Shown here: positions 25,401-37,227 of the stretch, one piece after another
Layout: each line of letters begins with the position of its first letter
Position numbering within the stretch: the stretch's first letter is position 1
Assembly (NCBI GenBank): GCA_052327205.1
Contig: CM126220.1
Coordinates: 44,454,001-44,518,000, forward strand
Source: Somniosus microcephalus
Taxonomy: Eukaryota
Direction of reading: 5' to 3'
Length of the DNA: 64,000 nt
Made by a program: the position numbers and the translations under genes
Notes under the pieces: model-generated
Seen by the model: the letters and a program-made list of their open reading frames with translations, nothing else
What the model was told of the DNA's origin: nothing
The model's database searches: none

Positions 25401-28400
25401 AAGGATGAGGGTGACTAGTTTGTGTCGTGTGTCCCTAAGGATGAGGGTGACTAGTTTGTGCCGTGTCTTTGAGGATGTGGGTGACTAGTTTGTGTCGTGT
25501 GTTCCCGAGGATGAGGGTGACTAGTTTGTGTCGTGTGTTCCCGAGGATGAGGGTGACTAGTTTGTGTCGTGTGTTCCCGAGGATGAGGGTGACTAGTTTG
25601 TGCCGTGTCTTTGAGGATGTGGGTGACTAGTTTGTGTCGTGTGTTCCCGAGGATGAGGGTGACTAGTTTGTGTCGTGTGTTCCCGAGGATGAGGGTGACT
25701 AGTTTGTGCCGTGTGTTCCCAAGGATGAGGGTGACTAGTTTGTGTCGTGTGTTCCCGAGGATGAGGGAGACTAGTTTGTGTCGTGTGTTCCCGAGGATGA
25801 GGGTGACTAGTTTGTGTCGTGTGTTCCCGAGGATGAGGGTGACTAGTTTGTGCCGTGTGTCTGAGGATGAGGGAGACTAGTTTGTGTTGTGTGTTCCCGA
25901 GGATGAGGGTGACTAGTTTGTGCCGTGTGTTCCCGAGGATGAGGGTGACTAGTTTGTGCCGTGTGTCCCTGAGGATGAGGGTGACTGGTTTGTGCCGTGT
26001 CTCTGAGGATGAGGGTGACTAGTTTGTGTCGTGTGTTCCCGAGGATGAGGGTGACTAGTTTGTGTCGTGTGTTCCCGAGGATGAGGGTGACTAGTTTGTG
26101 TCGTGTGTTCCCGAGGATGAGGGTGACTAGTTTGTGCCCTGTGGACCCAGGGATGAGGAGAATTGGTTTGTGTTTTTTATTATCGGAAGGTTGCTCGCCC
26201 CTTGTTTGTGTGCTTACAATTTTAAATTCTTTTCTAGGCAAGACTCTGTAAAAACATGCAGAAAGCTCGGGAACTCTGGGACAGAATAATGACCAAAGGG
26301 AATGCGATGTACGCCAACATGTGGCTGGAGTACTGCAATTTGGAGCGGTAAGAGCATCAGTCTCGTCAAACAACTGTTCACTTTTATTTTTCACAAATTA
26401 TCTTCTATCCTTTCCTGAAGGCACTGGTTGATGTAAGAGTATGGTGTACGGGCAGTGGGTGCTCTTCAGAACCCTGTCCAGGTGGCCATTCTTCACGTGC
26501 TGTACCACTGGGACGGGTTGCACCTGAACTGTGTGGGATCCAAGGTCCATAGAAAGGACTTTAAACTAGTAAAGTGGGGAGAGGGTTCGGGTGGATATAG
26601 TGGTAACCTAAAGATTTTTGTAAAAGTGATGGGAGCTAAGGTCAGCGTACATATAGAGACAAAAATAATGTAGATACTCAGGGAACAGGAAAGGTTATAA
26701 GAATTAATAATAAAATACCCGATAAAAATAAAGCAGGAGTAATGAAAAATAAGAGCATATTATTAAAAACAATCATTCCAGCTACAGGGATAGCAAGGAA
26801 ACATAATTGTGTCCTTAGAAAAATGCACGTTACAGCAAAGACAGAGTGAGTGGATCTGTGGATTCCATCACAGGTGCCATTACTGCCACTGCATGCCTGC
26901 GCCTCTGCATTCATTAACAACACACTCAGTCTATTTCTCTTTGCACGTTATTATGTTGCAGAGCTCATGGTGACCCCCAGCACTGCAGAAAGGCCTTGCA
27001 TCGGGCCGTGCAATGTACCACCGACTATCCCGAGCATGTCTGTGATGTGCTGCTCGCCTTCGAGAGGGTAGAGGGTAAGTGAGTGTATAATGTTAAGTGT
27101 CCGAGAAAGAATACCTGAGACCTTGGAGTATATTATGCAGCTGAAAATGAAGTGAGGGTGTGTAATGTGAAAGTGACGCTGTTAACACAGTCCTCACTCA
27201 TGCTGGCTGAGTAAAGGACTACTTGGGTGGAGAAAGTAAAATGAGATTAATTTATACTAGTTTGGATTGAAATATGTGAAATTATATTTTTGAGACTGAG
27301 ACTTGTTTCGAAGGCAGTGGATGAGGTGCCTCATGGAAATATTGACATTCGGCCAGGAGCCTCTTGCTCTCAGGGACCCCTTGCAGATACTGTCACATTC
27401 CCATGGACTCCCTGCAAATGTTGATGCGCTCCTTGGACATACTTGCAGACTTTACTAGGGTCCCGCCCCATTACGAATATTGACCTACATGACAGTGGTG
27501 GCTGGTGAGGAGCTGCATCTGACTGTTTCAAATGAGTGTGACCTTATCTTGTCAGAAGACAGATTGTCAGGGAAGGCTATATTCCCTGCACTTAATAGAG
27601 CCAAGATTCAAGAACTGATCTCCAGACAGTCAGAGGGTGTTATTATTGAAGGACGTCTGATCCTACAGGTGTGGAAAATTCTTTCCCAAGCCACAGAACA
27701 AGTGCCCTTGACTAGGGAAGCTTTGGGTGGTTCTTCTGCTACTTTGTAGTTCCAAAGAAATTGAGAGGTTTATGATGCATTCTGGCCCCAAGAATCCTGA
27801 AGTTTCTCATTCTCAATGAAAACATCAAGACAGACTGTCCCAATGACTCGGTGAGTAAATGCAGTACATGCTATGGTATTCAGTCATACAGACTGAAAGG
27901 TACCAGGTTCAATCCCTGCTCTATGATGAATTAGCTGATTCCAGCCTCGTGCAGAAGTGCTACAATGCCCATGGTCTAAGGCAGGAAAAAAAACCAACAA
28001 ATATTCCTGCTGCTGATCGCTATCAAGTTACTCTGGGTGGAAAGTATTTGTGTGTGGATATCGGGTAAGGACAGGATCAGTCTCTGCTGTACACTCACTG
28101 GATGTTACAGTGCAGAGTTATCATGCTCAAGAATAAGTTCTCGCCTGATGGTACTATTTGAAGAAGAGCAGGGAGTTATGCCAGTATCCTGGAAACATTC
28201 CTCCTTCATTCAACACCACTAGAAACGATTATCTGATCATTCATTAATTCGCTGTGTTCAAATTTTGCTGCCATATTTGCCTCATAAAAGGGGCTGGACT
28301 TCAAACGTGATGCATTGGTTATAATTTGTTTTGGAACATCCGGAGGATGCGATACTGCGTTATATAAATGGAAGTTCGTTCTCTCTTTCACTTTTCTCCT

Positions 28401-31400
28401 ACCTGAAGGTGTTCACTTACATTCCAAAGGCACTAATCACGCTTCAGTACCTTATCTAAGTGGCCCTGATTCACGTGTGACCTTTGGCAGTAAGCAGGTA
28501 CGAGACTGAAGAGGCATCACAGCTGAATCTGATCATATTCTCACCCAATGTCCAACGTACACTATCAGCAGGTGTCACTGGATAGCAACCAGGAACCAAG
28601 GCTGATTTTCTCCCTCCAGCCCAGTGGCACTGATGTTAATTGCAGGAGCCTTAACCAACAGCCTGAGCTCCGCTGACGCAGCCCAGTCCCAGTCCCGGGA
28701 TCAAATCTGGCCTTTATGGCTCAGTTACTCACTGGAAACATTTGCTGAGCTGCAGGGAATCAATCCTATTGGCCAAGTTTTATCCAACTTTTAAGCATGG
28801 TTCTGTAACAGTTGTGGTCAAGAAAGGTCAATGAGAAGAAATAATGACCACTCTTTTCAACACTGAACCATCTCCTTCAGTAATTTAAGAGAGACTTCCA
28901 GCAGGATTCCTGAAACTCGTTCTGAGTAATACAAACACCTTTTATCCTTCTCTCGTTTTCCAGGCTCTTTGGAAGATTGGGACTTAGCTGCAGAGAAGAC
29001 GGAGACCAGACTTAACCGAGTTAATGAGCGGAGAGCCAAAGTTAGTATATTGTGAATTGCGCTTTTTGCCAGTGTGAAGTCGCTTTTGGAAATACCAGGA
29101 GAGGGAGAGATTCTTCCAATGCTGGGGTGCAATGGCTTCTGACATGATTAGTCAATACTGTAGGGGATGCATTGTAATCATTGATATGCATTGTACATTA
29201 AGGGAGGCTGGCAAAGCCGCTCTTAGGGCTGACCATAGGAAGGTGTGCAGGGGTGGCTTGGAATGACGCACCCTCTGAATTCCCCTTCTGTGTGTTCATT
29301 AAGATTGGAGATTCCAATAGAGTTCTTTTCCACTTTTGGAAACAGACTGCGCAGAACAAAGTGCAGCTTACAGGGAACACTGACTTTAGTAACTACAAAA
29401 AATTAAAATTCTTTCACAGTTTATTAGGTGAGCAGCAGCTGGTTTCTGTGGGGGACAGATATGATTGGGCGATATACATTAATTAGCTATCTAAGCATGT
29501 TAGTACTCTTTCCGCTCACTCGACCAGGCTACACAGAGGTTAGCTGTAAATATTATTGAAAGAAAAAGAAAACCCTCCTTGAGGTGAATTTGTTTTTTTA
29601 ACCCCAATTTTTAACTATTTTTAATATTTTGCCCAGGCTGCAGAGAAGGAAGCCCTGCTGACAAAACAGGAAGAGGAGAAAACTGCGCAGCGGAAGAAAG
29701 GCAGATCTGAAAAGAAAGCTGCAAAAAAGGCCCAGAAACAGGCATTACCTGGAGACAAACGCAAAGTAGATGAGGAGGAATGGGGCGCACAATTAGGTAT
29801 GACGCCCAGTGAGAAGACTGCAGCTCATGTAGTTAATGAATTAGCTCGATTCTGTATGTGCCAACATTTTAAAGAGGGGAAATCTGGTAGAGTGGAACAG
29901 TAATGAGAGGGCAAGAATTTGTTTTAAAACTATCGTGTTCTCTAACATGGGGAAATTTTAAGCTTTCGTTTTCACAGCCTTGTGGAGAAATGCTGTTGTA
30001 TCAAATGTACCACAAAACTCCTCAGTTTGCAGCTACAGGCTCTTATGGTGAACAGATATAATTTAGCGATATCCATTGGTTAGTTATCCAAATGTTTTTA
30101 TATATACCGAACAAGTGAGAGGAGACAGTACAAAAGTGTATTTACATCATTTCTGGTCTCAACTATCAATCGGGGTATCTGAGACTGGGAAGTTTAGTAC
30201 AGGTAGACTATCCTTTATCCGAAAACCTCGGGACCAGCCGTGTTTCAGTTTTCGGAAAATTTCGGATTTCGGAAGGTGGGTCGGCGGGGGGGTCGGGGTC
30301 GGCGGGGGTCCGCGGGGGGGGTCGGCGTCGAGGGGGGTCGGCGGGGGTCGGGGTCCGCAGTCGTGGCTTGTCCGTCGCTGCTAGCCTGGAATGCAATGAA
30401 GTTCCGCATTTCCACCAACAGGTCGTCGTGCTCGGTCGGAACAGGGGCCGGCACCGTCGCGGGCTCAGAGCTCTCGTTGCTTTCGAGCCTTTGGAAGAGA
30501 GTCAGGTGGTTCCGCGGGGGGGGTCGGCGGGGGGTCGTGCGCACGACTTACGCTGACCCTCTGCTCAGCGTAAGTCGGCGGGGGTCGGGGTCCGCGGGGG
30601 GTCGTGCGCACGACTTACGCTGACCCTCTGCTCAGCGGGGGTCCGCGGGGGGTCGTGCGCACGACTTACGCTGACCCTCTGCTCAGCGTGAGTCGTGCGC
30701 CACTCTGGTCATGTCGTGCGCATGACTTACGCTGAACAAACAAACCTTCGGTTTTTAGAGGGTTTCGGTTTTCGGAAGTTCGGATAAAAGGTAGTCTACC
30801 TGTACTGACTGACTAATCACTCAACAGGACCTGGTTGGAACAGGATTTTCTCACTTCAGATACACCCATTTATTTCTAGAAACATAGACGATAGGAGCAG
30901 GAGTAGGCCATTCGGCCCCTCGAGCCTGCTCCGCCATTTAATGAGATCATGGCTGATCATCCAAATTCAGTACCCTGTCCCTGCTTTCTCCCCATACCCC
31001 TTGATCCCTTTAGCCTTAAGAAATATATCCAACTCCTTCTTGAATATATTTAATGAATTGGCCTCAACTGCCTTTTGTGGTGGAGAATTCCACAGGTTCA
31101 CCACTCTCTGGGTGAAGAAATTCCTCATCTACACCCAGAAAAGTATGCCAGACTATACTGGAGCATGTACTATTCAGTTAGTAACAGGTTTCCTCTATGT
31201 ATTAGAATCATAGAAACTTATAGCACAGAAGGAGGCCATTTGGCCCGTCGTGTCTGTGCTGGCTCTTTGAAAGAGCAGTCGTGCTTGGTCCCACCCTCCC
31301 GCTTTTTCTCCGTAACCCTGTAAATTCCTCATGTTAAAATACCTGTCCAATTCCCGCTTAAAATTATTTATAGAATCAGCTTCCACCACCTTTTCAGGTA

Positions 31401-34400
31401 GAGCGTTCCAGGTCCCGACAAGTCCCTAAGTGAAAAAAATTCTCCCCATCTCCCGTCTAGATCTTTAGCCAATGATTTTAAATCTATGACCTCTGTTTAT
31501 TGACCCACTTGCCAGAGAGAATCGTTTTTCTCTATCTACTTTATCAAAACCTCTCATCATCTTGAAAACCTCTGTTAGGTCATCTCTTAACCTTCTCTGT
31601 TCCAAGAAGAACAGTCCTAACTTTTCCAATCTTTCTTCGTAACTGAAGTCCCTCATCCCTGGTAAACCTCCTCTGTACCCTTTCTAAGGCCTTTACATGT
31701 TTCCTGAAGTGTGGTGCCCAGAATTGTCCACAATACTCCAGTTGAGGCCTAACCAAATCACAGATTTAACACTGGTTTCTACTATATTTTCATCACCAGT
31801 GGGCTTGTAACCTGGCTTGGGCAGGTTCCCCTGTTGCTTTAGTTTTTTCCCCCTATCTCCTGCTCCATTTATGGCCACAAGAGGAGATTTCTAATGATTC
31901 ATCTTTGAATTTCAGATCAACCAAATAAAAAGCCTCGAGCTGGGGAACTGGACGAAGCTGAGGAAGATATGTCGACAGAATGTGGTCTGTTCGGTCGTAA
32001 AAGCAGTGCAAAGACCCTGGAGTCTCCAGCATTGCAAAAACAAAAAGCTGTAGCTGCCACAAAGAACAAAGTTCTTCACGATAACAGCAAGGATGACCTG
32101 ACTGTGTTTGTCAGTAACCTCTCATACTCCATGCCCAATCCTGAGGAGAGGCTGAAGGAGATGTTTGAAAGCGTTGGCCAGATTGCAGACATCCGCCCTG
32201 TTTACAGTAATAGGGGACATTTTCGAGGATATTGTTATGTGGAGTTTAAAGAGGAGAATGCGGCAGCAAACGCCTTGCGGCTGGACCGTCAGGAGTTAGA
32301 GGGCCGGCCAATGTTTGTTTCACCTTGCGTCGACAAAGCAAAGAATCCAGAATTTAAGGTACTACTTTTGGTATCTGTGTTATGGTTTTGTTGTTTCTTT
32401 CCTTTGTCTTGTGCAACTTTTCCTTTCTTTCAAGAAGTTCCAATTGGCCGAAGTGAAAGGACCCATTTAACCACAGGTCCTGTCAGATACACTTCTTGAG
32501 CTCACTGCCTGCAGGGTGTCTGTATCCCATTGGCTTGTTTGTGATCCGGTTCGAAACAATATTGAACAAGCTTACATGATGAGATGGAATTCTGCTCTCA
32601 TCTCAAGCTTATCTGAGATGGTTCCTTCAATCCTCACACAGACCTTTGTTTCCTGATACGTTTTGTAACGATGTATTCTCATTTACCCACTTGCTTTGTC
32701 ACAGATCCTGATAATCTCATTTTCTGGTAGCCACTATTTTGCAAATCTTGCAAGGCAGCAATGAGGACTGATCTTTACAGGATTTACTGTATTGAACAGA
32801 AGGATGGTCTTGCCATGGGGGGAGTGCAGCGAAGATTCACCAGGCTGATGCCTGAGATGGCAGGAATGACGTATGAGGAGAGATTGGGTCGATTGGGCTT
32901 ATACTCGCTGGAGTTTAGAAGAATGAGAGGGGATCCCATTGAAACTTATAAAATTCTAAAAGGACTAGACAGACTAGATGCAGGAAGGATGTTCCCGATG
33001 GCCGGGGAGTCCAGAACCAGGGGTCACAGTCTAAAGATAAGGGGTAAGCCATTTAGGACAGAGATGAGGAGGAATTTCTTCACCCAGAGAGTGGTGAACC
33101 TGTGGAATTCTCTACCACATAAGACAGTTGAGGCCAATTCATTAAATATATTCAAGAAGGAGTTAGATATATTTCTTAAGGCTAAAGGGATCAAGGGATA
33201 TGGGGAGAAAGCAGGGACAGGGTACCAAGTTGGATGATCAGCCATGATCTCATTGAATGGCGGAGCAGGCTCGAGGGGCCGAATGGCCTACTCCTCCTAT
33301 CTTCTATGTTTCTATGTCAGAAGCAGCAGAACTTTAAAGAAACTCGTTTTTAACAGTGTAACTCTTAATGTTTTGTGCTTTTTCTTCTCCAGGTGTTTAG
33401 GTACAGCACCAGCTTAGAGAAACACAAGGTCTTTATATCAGGTTTACCTTTCTCCTGCACTAGAGAGGACCTGGAGGAGATCTGCAAAGAGCATGGAAAC
33501 CTAAAGGAGATCCGTCTTGTCACTAATCGCTCTGGAAAGCCAAAGGTACATCCTCTAACACAGTAGCCTATTGAAAAGGCGTGTGTAGCCCATCTGTGAA
33601 GCAAGAACATTTCTGATTTTGAGCAAACGTTGAGTAGCTTCCTCTCTCTGGAAAATTGATAAATTTCAAAGGAACTGTGTGTCCATAAACCCAGAAACTG
33701 TAGATATTAAATCCTCTCTCCTGATCAATAATGAATCTGGTGCACTTTGACTGGCCAGGCTGGCTTGTGCTGGTTTTCCTGTGAACGTTCATGTTGGCTG
33801 AAAACTACTTGACCTGCTTTAGGAGATTACAGTCTCTTGTGCATTCGGAGTGATGAAAGCCCAGACGGTCAGTTCCTTAGGTCTTCTACAAACCATTACT
33901 GAAATTCTACGTGGGAAGGGTGGTGCTGACAACTGACCAGGCAGAAGGTGCATGCTCTACCACAGTGCTGGAGAGCCATGAAGTCAATTAGAAAAGTAAT
34001 TGCAACATGCTGCAGACATCTGATACAAAATTAGCCCAAACCACCTGTCCTGTAGTCTTGCATGCCAGATTTGAGGCTGATTTTTTTTTAATTCGTTCCT
34101 GGGATGTGGGCGTTGCTGGCAAGGCCAGCATTTATTGCCCATCCCTAGTTGCCCTTGAGAAGGTGGTGGTGAGCCGCCGCCTTGAACCGCTACAGTCCGT
34201 GTTGTGAAGGTACTCCCACAGTGCTGTTAGGGAAGGAGTTCCAGGATTTTGACCCAGTGACAATAAAGGAACGGCGATATATTTCCAAGTCAGGATGGGG
34301 AATGATTCGGAGGGGAACTTGGAGGTGATGGTGTTCCCATTGCACCTGATGCTCTTGTCCTTCTATGTGGTAGAGGTTGCGGGTTTGGGAGGTGCTGCCG

Positions 34401-36764
34401 AAGAAGTCTTGGCGAGTTGCTGCAATGCATCTTGTAGATGGTACACACTGCAGACACGGTACGCCGGTGGTGGAGGGAGTGAATGTTTAAGGCGGTGGAT
34501 GGGCTGCCAATCAAGCGGATTCTTGAGTGTTGTTGTATTTGTACTCTCCTTCCCCCCCAGGAAATGAAAACTCCCTTAAGCTATTAAGCTTGGCCTGTCA
34601 TTTGAGTCCATGCAGAGGATCTGTGAAGATCATTTTCTTTCATTTCTGTCTATCTTTGTATTCTCTGGATCTGAATGTTTCAACCAAGTTTGTGTTGGTT
34701 GACGAGTGACTGTCCCATACATTAGCAACTCAAATGTGAATTAGTTACACCCTACCTTTTTTTAATTTGCGATTTCTTGAGTTTGAATAACATTTAAATG
34801 ACTTTTGTTTCAGGGTCTGGCGTATGTTGAATACGAGAATGAAGCCCAGGCCTCTCAGGCTGTTCTGAAGTTGGATGGAATGGTGGTTAAAGATCACCCA
34901 ATCAGCGTGGCCATCAGTAATCCTCCACAGAGAAAGCAGGCTGCTAAGGTTGAAACTGGCAGATCTTCTGGCTCTTTGCTTCCTCGGCAGGTGTATGGAG
35001 CGTAAGTGCTGATCAAACTGTTGCAACTACTGAAGCAGCTAATGTGGGTGATTCAGTTAGAATTAGTCACCAGGGAGTTGCCCATCTAAAGCTGGTCAAA
35101 TTCAGAAATTCATCTCAGACGACAATCATACCTGCAGGTACCGTCTGAATGAGGAACATAGTTTATAAATGTTGTGTGCTTGTGTTTGTTTTTAATGCAG
35201 GCTCCTGTTTCATATGTGGCTCCATTTTATTTAGTCTATCCTTCGTGCTGACAGTGCTATAAACTAGGACAGATGTCCAACTATTTGTAGCTGGGGACCA
35301 GGTGCATGTGTCAAAACCAGTGATGCAAATTGTTAGGCAGTAATGCATTCTCTCTCTAATTATATCTCTCTCTCTTGTCAAAGTGCATTTTGAAGTTCGT
35401 AGAGTCTTTCTAAAGAATATTTCAACAGTCTTTGTATTCAGATAGGAACAGTGACATTTACTTTGTAAAATTGACATTTTGCAGTTTAGAAGTTCAACCA
35501 TTCCGTATTGGAAACAATTCTGATTTTGTGTCCCTCTGCTACATATGTACATAGGAACAGGATGTGCATTAGGAAAGTATTGGGTATAGGAATAGTATTT
35601 AAGTGGTGAGGAAAGGATCGAGGGGGTAAATGGTGCATCTTGGAAAGAATTAGTCTGTCTGGGGAGAAATAGGGAAGAAGCTGCAGATTGTTGTGGCATG
35701 GGGATGGGTTGGAGGCAGGCAAGGAAATGTTTATAGCCAAAATGAGAACTGATCTAGTCGGTAATTACAGCCTTGGAGAGACTAGTTTAGCCAGGGATGG
35801 GGTGGCCGAGTTCCATGTAGGGGGAGGTTGTGTGAGGGATACAATGACCATGAAGTACGTGAAGGTGCAGTGAGTTTCAGTGCAGGTTGAAAACACCTAA
35901 AGATATATAGGGATGATATTTCAGCAATGAAAAATGCCAGAGAGCTTAAGTACCTTGAATGAGAGATGGGATGTAAGTAATGAGAAGCTTAAACAGTGCT
36001 GGAAATGTAAGGGAACAGGCCAAGATAGTAATGAAGATGAGAGCCACTAGCATGGGGGTTAGGGCAAGGGATGTAATGAAATGTGTAACTGGGGTGAGGG
36101 GAAGGACCTCTAAACAGTATTTGAGCTATCTGCTAGCTTTTCATCATACCCTTGATGTCAGTGCACTTATCGAGAAAGATTGGGGAGAGCAGATATTTTC
36201 TATGATGGTATGAATTAGTATTGGAGGGGTGGGAGAGTGGAAAGTGGGATGAAGAAAACTGAGTGTCACATATAGTGACAGGAAAAGCAGAATGGAGATG
36301 AAGAGAGGGTGGAGGAGGACAAGGCGACAATCAATAGAAACGTAGAGCAGCTCCAATCCAGAGTGGCAGCCAATATGCCCACATGGGTGGACTGAATGGG
36401 AATCTTGACTTCGATGTACAAAACTGAGAAATAAGCTGTGGAAAGTGACAAAAATCCTTTAAATAGGGCTTGAGAATGAAAATGAGTGTCCAGGGCCTGC
36501 TAAGTCAGAAAGTTTGTGGACTGTTTGTTGATTCATGTGAACTATCTTTCATATCAATCCTGATATTTTTCTAGGAGGGGCAAAGGTCGAACACAACTTG
36601 CACTCGTACCGCGTGCATTACAACGCTTGCCTGTATCAGAAGGAAGTACTGAAAATGGTACATTGAGGAATGAGGTTGGCAACTCGCAGGGTGATTCCTC
36701 TCTAGTGGGAGAGACCAAAAAGATGACCAACGCAGACTTTGCAAAGATGCTGTTGAAAAAGTAA
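4309..36764 (+). CDS. SART3: SART3 (p110/Tip110, U4/U6 snRNP recycling factor), 19 coding exons, about 920 aa
   Basis: join(4309..4452,6859..6985,7343..7447,8725..8909,9473..9578,10759..10883,12987..13142,14331..14469,14927..15034,16918..16995,18624..18682,26238..26347,26962..27074,28964..29040,29637..29796,31916..32358,33393..33545,34814..35001,36575..36764). All introns are GT-AG with a continuous frame. Encodes HAT repeats, two RRMs and the C-terminal LSm-binding motif [13 protein letters not shown]. Confidence 0.96.
4870..5230 (-). mobile_element. Deu-domain SINE, reverse copy
   Basis: Reverse complement of the 3525-3905 family. Confidence 0.75.
6859..6985 (+). CDS. SART3: SART3 exon 2
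   Basis: [24 protein letters not shown]...MSELFPLTE; AG/GT borders. Confidence 0.95.
7343..7447 (+). CDS. SART3: SART3 exon 3
   Basis: [14 protein letters not shown]...[12 protein letters not shown]. Confidence 0.95.
8725..8909 (+). CDS. SART3: SART3 exon 4
   Basis: [20 protein letters not shown]...[17 protein letters not shown]. Confidence 0.95.
9473..9578 (+). CDS. SART3: SART3 exon 5
   Basis: [35 protein letters not shown]. Confidence 0.9.
10759..10883 (+). CDS. SART3: SART3 exon 6
   Basis: [14 protein letters not shown]...RKPYEEDL. Confidence 0.95.
11270..12023. mobile_element. PIF/Harbinger-type MITE
   Basis: TIRs ggcctgtattttccgatc and gatcggaaaatctgggcc, 3-bp TSD CTT, GC-rich arms around an AT-rich core. 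Confidence 0.75.
12620..12840. repeat. Palindromic repeat, same family as 2486-2714
   Basis: aaaatgctggaaatactcagcaggccaggcagcatc ... gatgctgcctggcctgctgagtatttcca. Confidence 0.75.
12987..13142 (+). CDS. SART3: SART3 exon 7
   Basis: [45 protein letters not shown]. Confidence 0.95.
13740..14110. repeat. Degenerate tandem repeat of about 40 bp, about 9 units
   Basis: Recurrent gatcc..ttagttgga..tatgcagag.ccc pattern. Confidence 0.65.
14331..14469 (+). CDS. SART3: SART3 exon 8
   Basis: [38 protein letters not shown]. Confidence 0.95.
14927..15034 (+). CDS. SART3: SART3 exon 9
   Basis: [35 protein letters not shown]. Confidence 0.95.
15450..16390 (-). mobile_element. Old L2-like LINE RT remnant
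   Basis: [24 protein letters not shown]. Confidence 0.6.
16918..16995 (+). CDS. SART3: SART3 exon 10
   Basis: [25 protein letters not shown]. Confidence 0.93.
18624..18682 (+). CDS. SART3: SART3 exon 11
   Basis: [19 protein letters not shown]. Confidence 0.93.
18888..21886 (-). mobile_element. Near full-length non-LTR retrotransposon (CR1/L2-group LINE, APE endonuclease plus RT), decayed
   Basis: Endonuclease remnants ([25 protein letters not shown]), RT ([27 protein letters not shown]) and 3' tail gggatgggcaataaa..ccatgaataaa. Confidence 0.9.
23197..23870. mobile_element. Second MITE of the 11270-12023 family, opposite orientation, one end degraded
   Basis: cccaggggcgcag..gcgtcccctgggatcacgtgggccatgg is the reverse complement of a segment near 11850-11897; shares the aaaagcaggcc and aaataaactta motifs. 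Confidence 0.7.
24575..26140. repeat. Minisatellite, about 49 units of 31-33 bp (gaggatgagggtgactagtttgtgYcgtgt..)
   Basis: Head-to-tail tandem units with no unique spacers, in SART3 intron 11. Confidence 0.97.
26238..26347 (+). CDS. SART3: SART3 exon 12
   Basis: [36 protein letters not shown]. Confidence 0.95.
26450..26620 (+). mobile_element. CR1 ORF1 (SGNH esterase) remnant
   Basis: [10 protein letters not shown] motif. Confidence 0.5.
26962..27074 (+). CDS. SART3: SART3 exon 13
   Basis: [37 protein letters not shown]. Confidence 0.95.
28964..29040 (+). CDS. SART3: SART3 exon 14
   Basis: [25 protein letters not shown]. Confidence 0.95.
29637..29796 (+). CDS. SART3: SART3 exon 15 (basic, NLS-like region)
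   Basis: [31 protein letters not shown]...[10 protein letters not shown]. Confidence 0.93.
30200..30802 (-). mobile_element. Tigger/pogo-type (Tc1/mariner) internally deleted DNA transposon
   Basis: 24-bp TIRs caggtagactatcctttatccgaa and ttcggataaaaggtagtctacctg, TA TSD on both sides. Confidence 0.85.
30878..31128 (-). mobile_element. CR1 LINE 3' end, young family
   Basis: Reverse complement of 33070-33316. Confidence 0.85.
31200..31755 (-). mobile_element. CR1 LINE 3' fragment
   Basis: [32 protein letters not shown]. Confidence 0.85.
31916..32358 (+). CDS. SART3: SART3 exon 16 (RRM1)
   Basis: TVFVSNLSY...RGYCYVEF...[19 protein letters not shown]. Confidence 0.95.
32800..33316 (+). mobile_element. 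CR1 LINE 3' fragment
   Basis: [37 protein letters not shown]...[14 protein letters not shown] with a ttctatgt tail. Confidence 0.9.
33393..33545 (+). CDS. SART3: SART3 exon 17 (RRM2, N-terminal part)
   Basis: [23 protein letters not shown]...[10 protein letters not shown]. Confidence 0.95.
34080..34520 (-). mobile_element. 3' fragment of the same LINE family as 18888-21886
   Basis: Same tail and the same C-terminal [35 protein letters not shown]. Confidence 0.85.
34814..35001 (+). CDS. SART3: SART3 exon 18 (RRM2, C-terminal part)
   Basis: [22 protein letters not shown]...[10 protein letters not shown]. Confidence 0.95.
36575..36764 (+). CDS. SART3: SART3 exon 19 (last coding exon)
   Basis: [17 protein letters not shown]...[14 protein letters not shown]. 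Confidence 0.95.
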
Positions 36765-37227
36765 CCCGTGATTACAACATTCGCTGTTAAACTGCTGAGT
36801 GTAGAAAAATGTGAACTGCCTTTACAGAAACCATTTTGTATCCTTAGGCATACGGACAGGGACTCGAATGAGCAGCGCTGAACTGTAAATAATCGCAATG
36901 ATTTTTTTTTTTTAAAGAGTTTGACCAAGTGTTAAATATCCTTGATGGAAGGTCCACATTGCTTTCTTCTGTCAGAATTTTTTAAGCAGTTGCTCTATTG
37001 TATTTACAGAGAATGGCTTGTATGTCTGTTTTATTTACAATATTGTGTTTTGTAACTGCTACTTGGTTAGTTTTAAACAATTGCCCTGGAAGCTACTGTT
37101 ATTTTTCTTTCATTTTTGCCCAAAAGAAGTGTGTGCATGTGTGTAGCAGGATCACGGAGACCATTTCATTGTTACTTTAGAGCTCGCCTTTTTGATATAT
37201 TGCTGGCTGTGCTATTTTATGTTCCTG

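Noticed and set aside
24575-26140. CRISPR array or hammerhead tandem (units contain CTGAGGA)
   Set aside because: No unique spacers, eukaryotic intron, no cas genes; no GAAA or stem II follows the CUGANGA-like string.
25605-26394. Repetitive ORFs ([12 protein letters not shown])n
   Set aside because: Translation artefacts of 33-bp repeat units.
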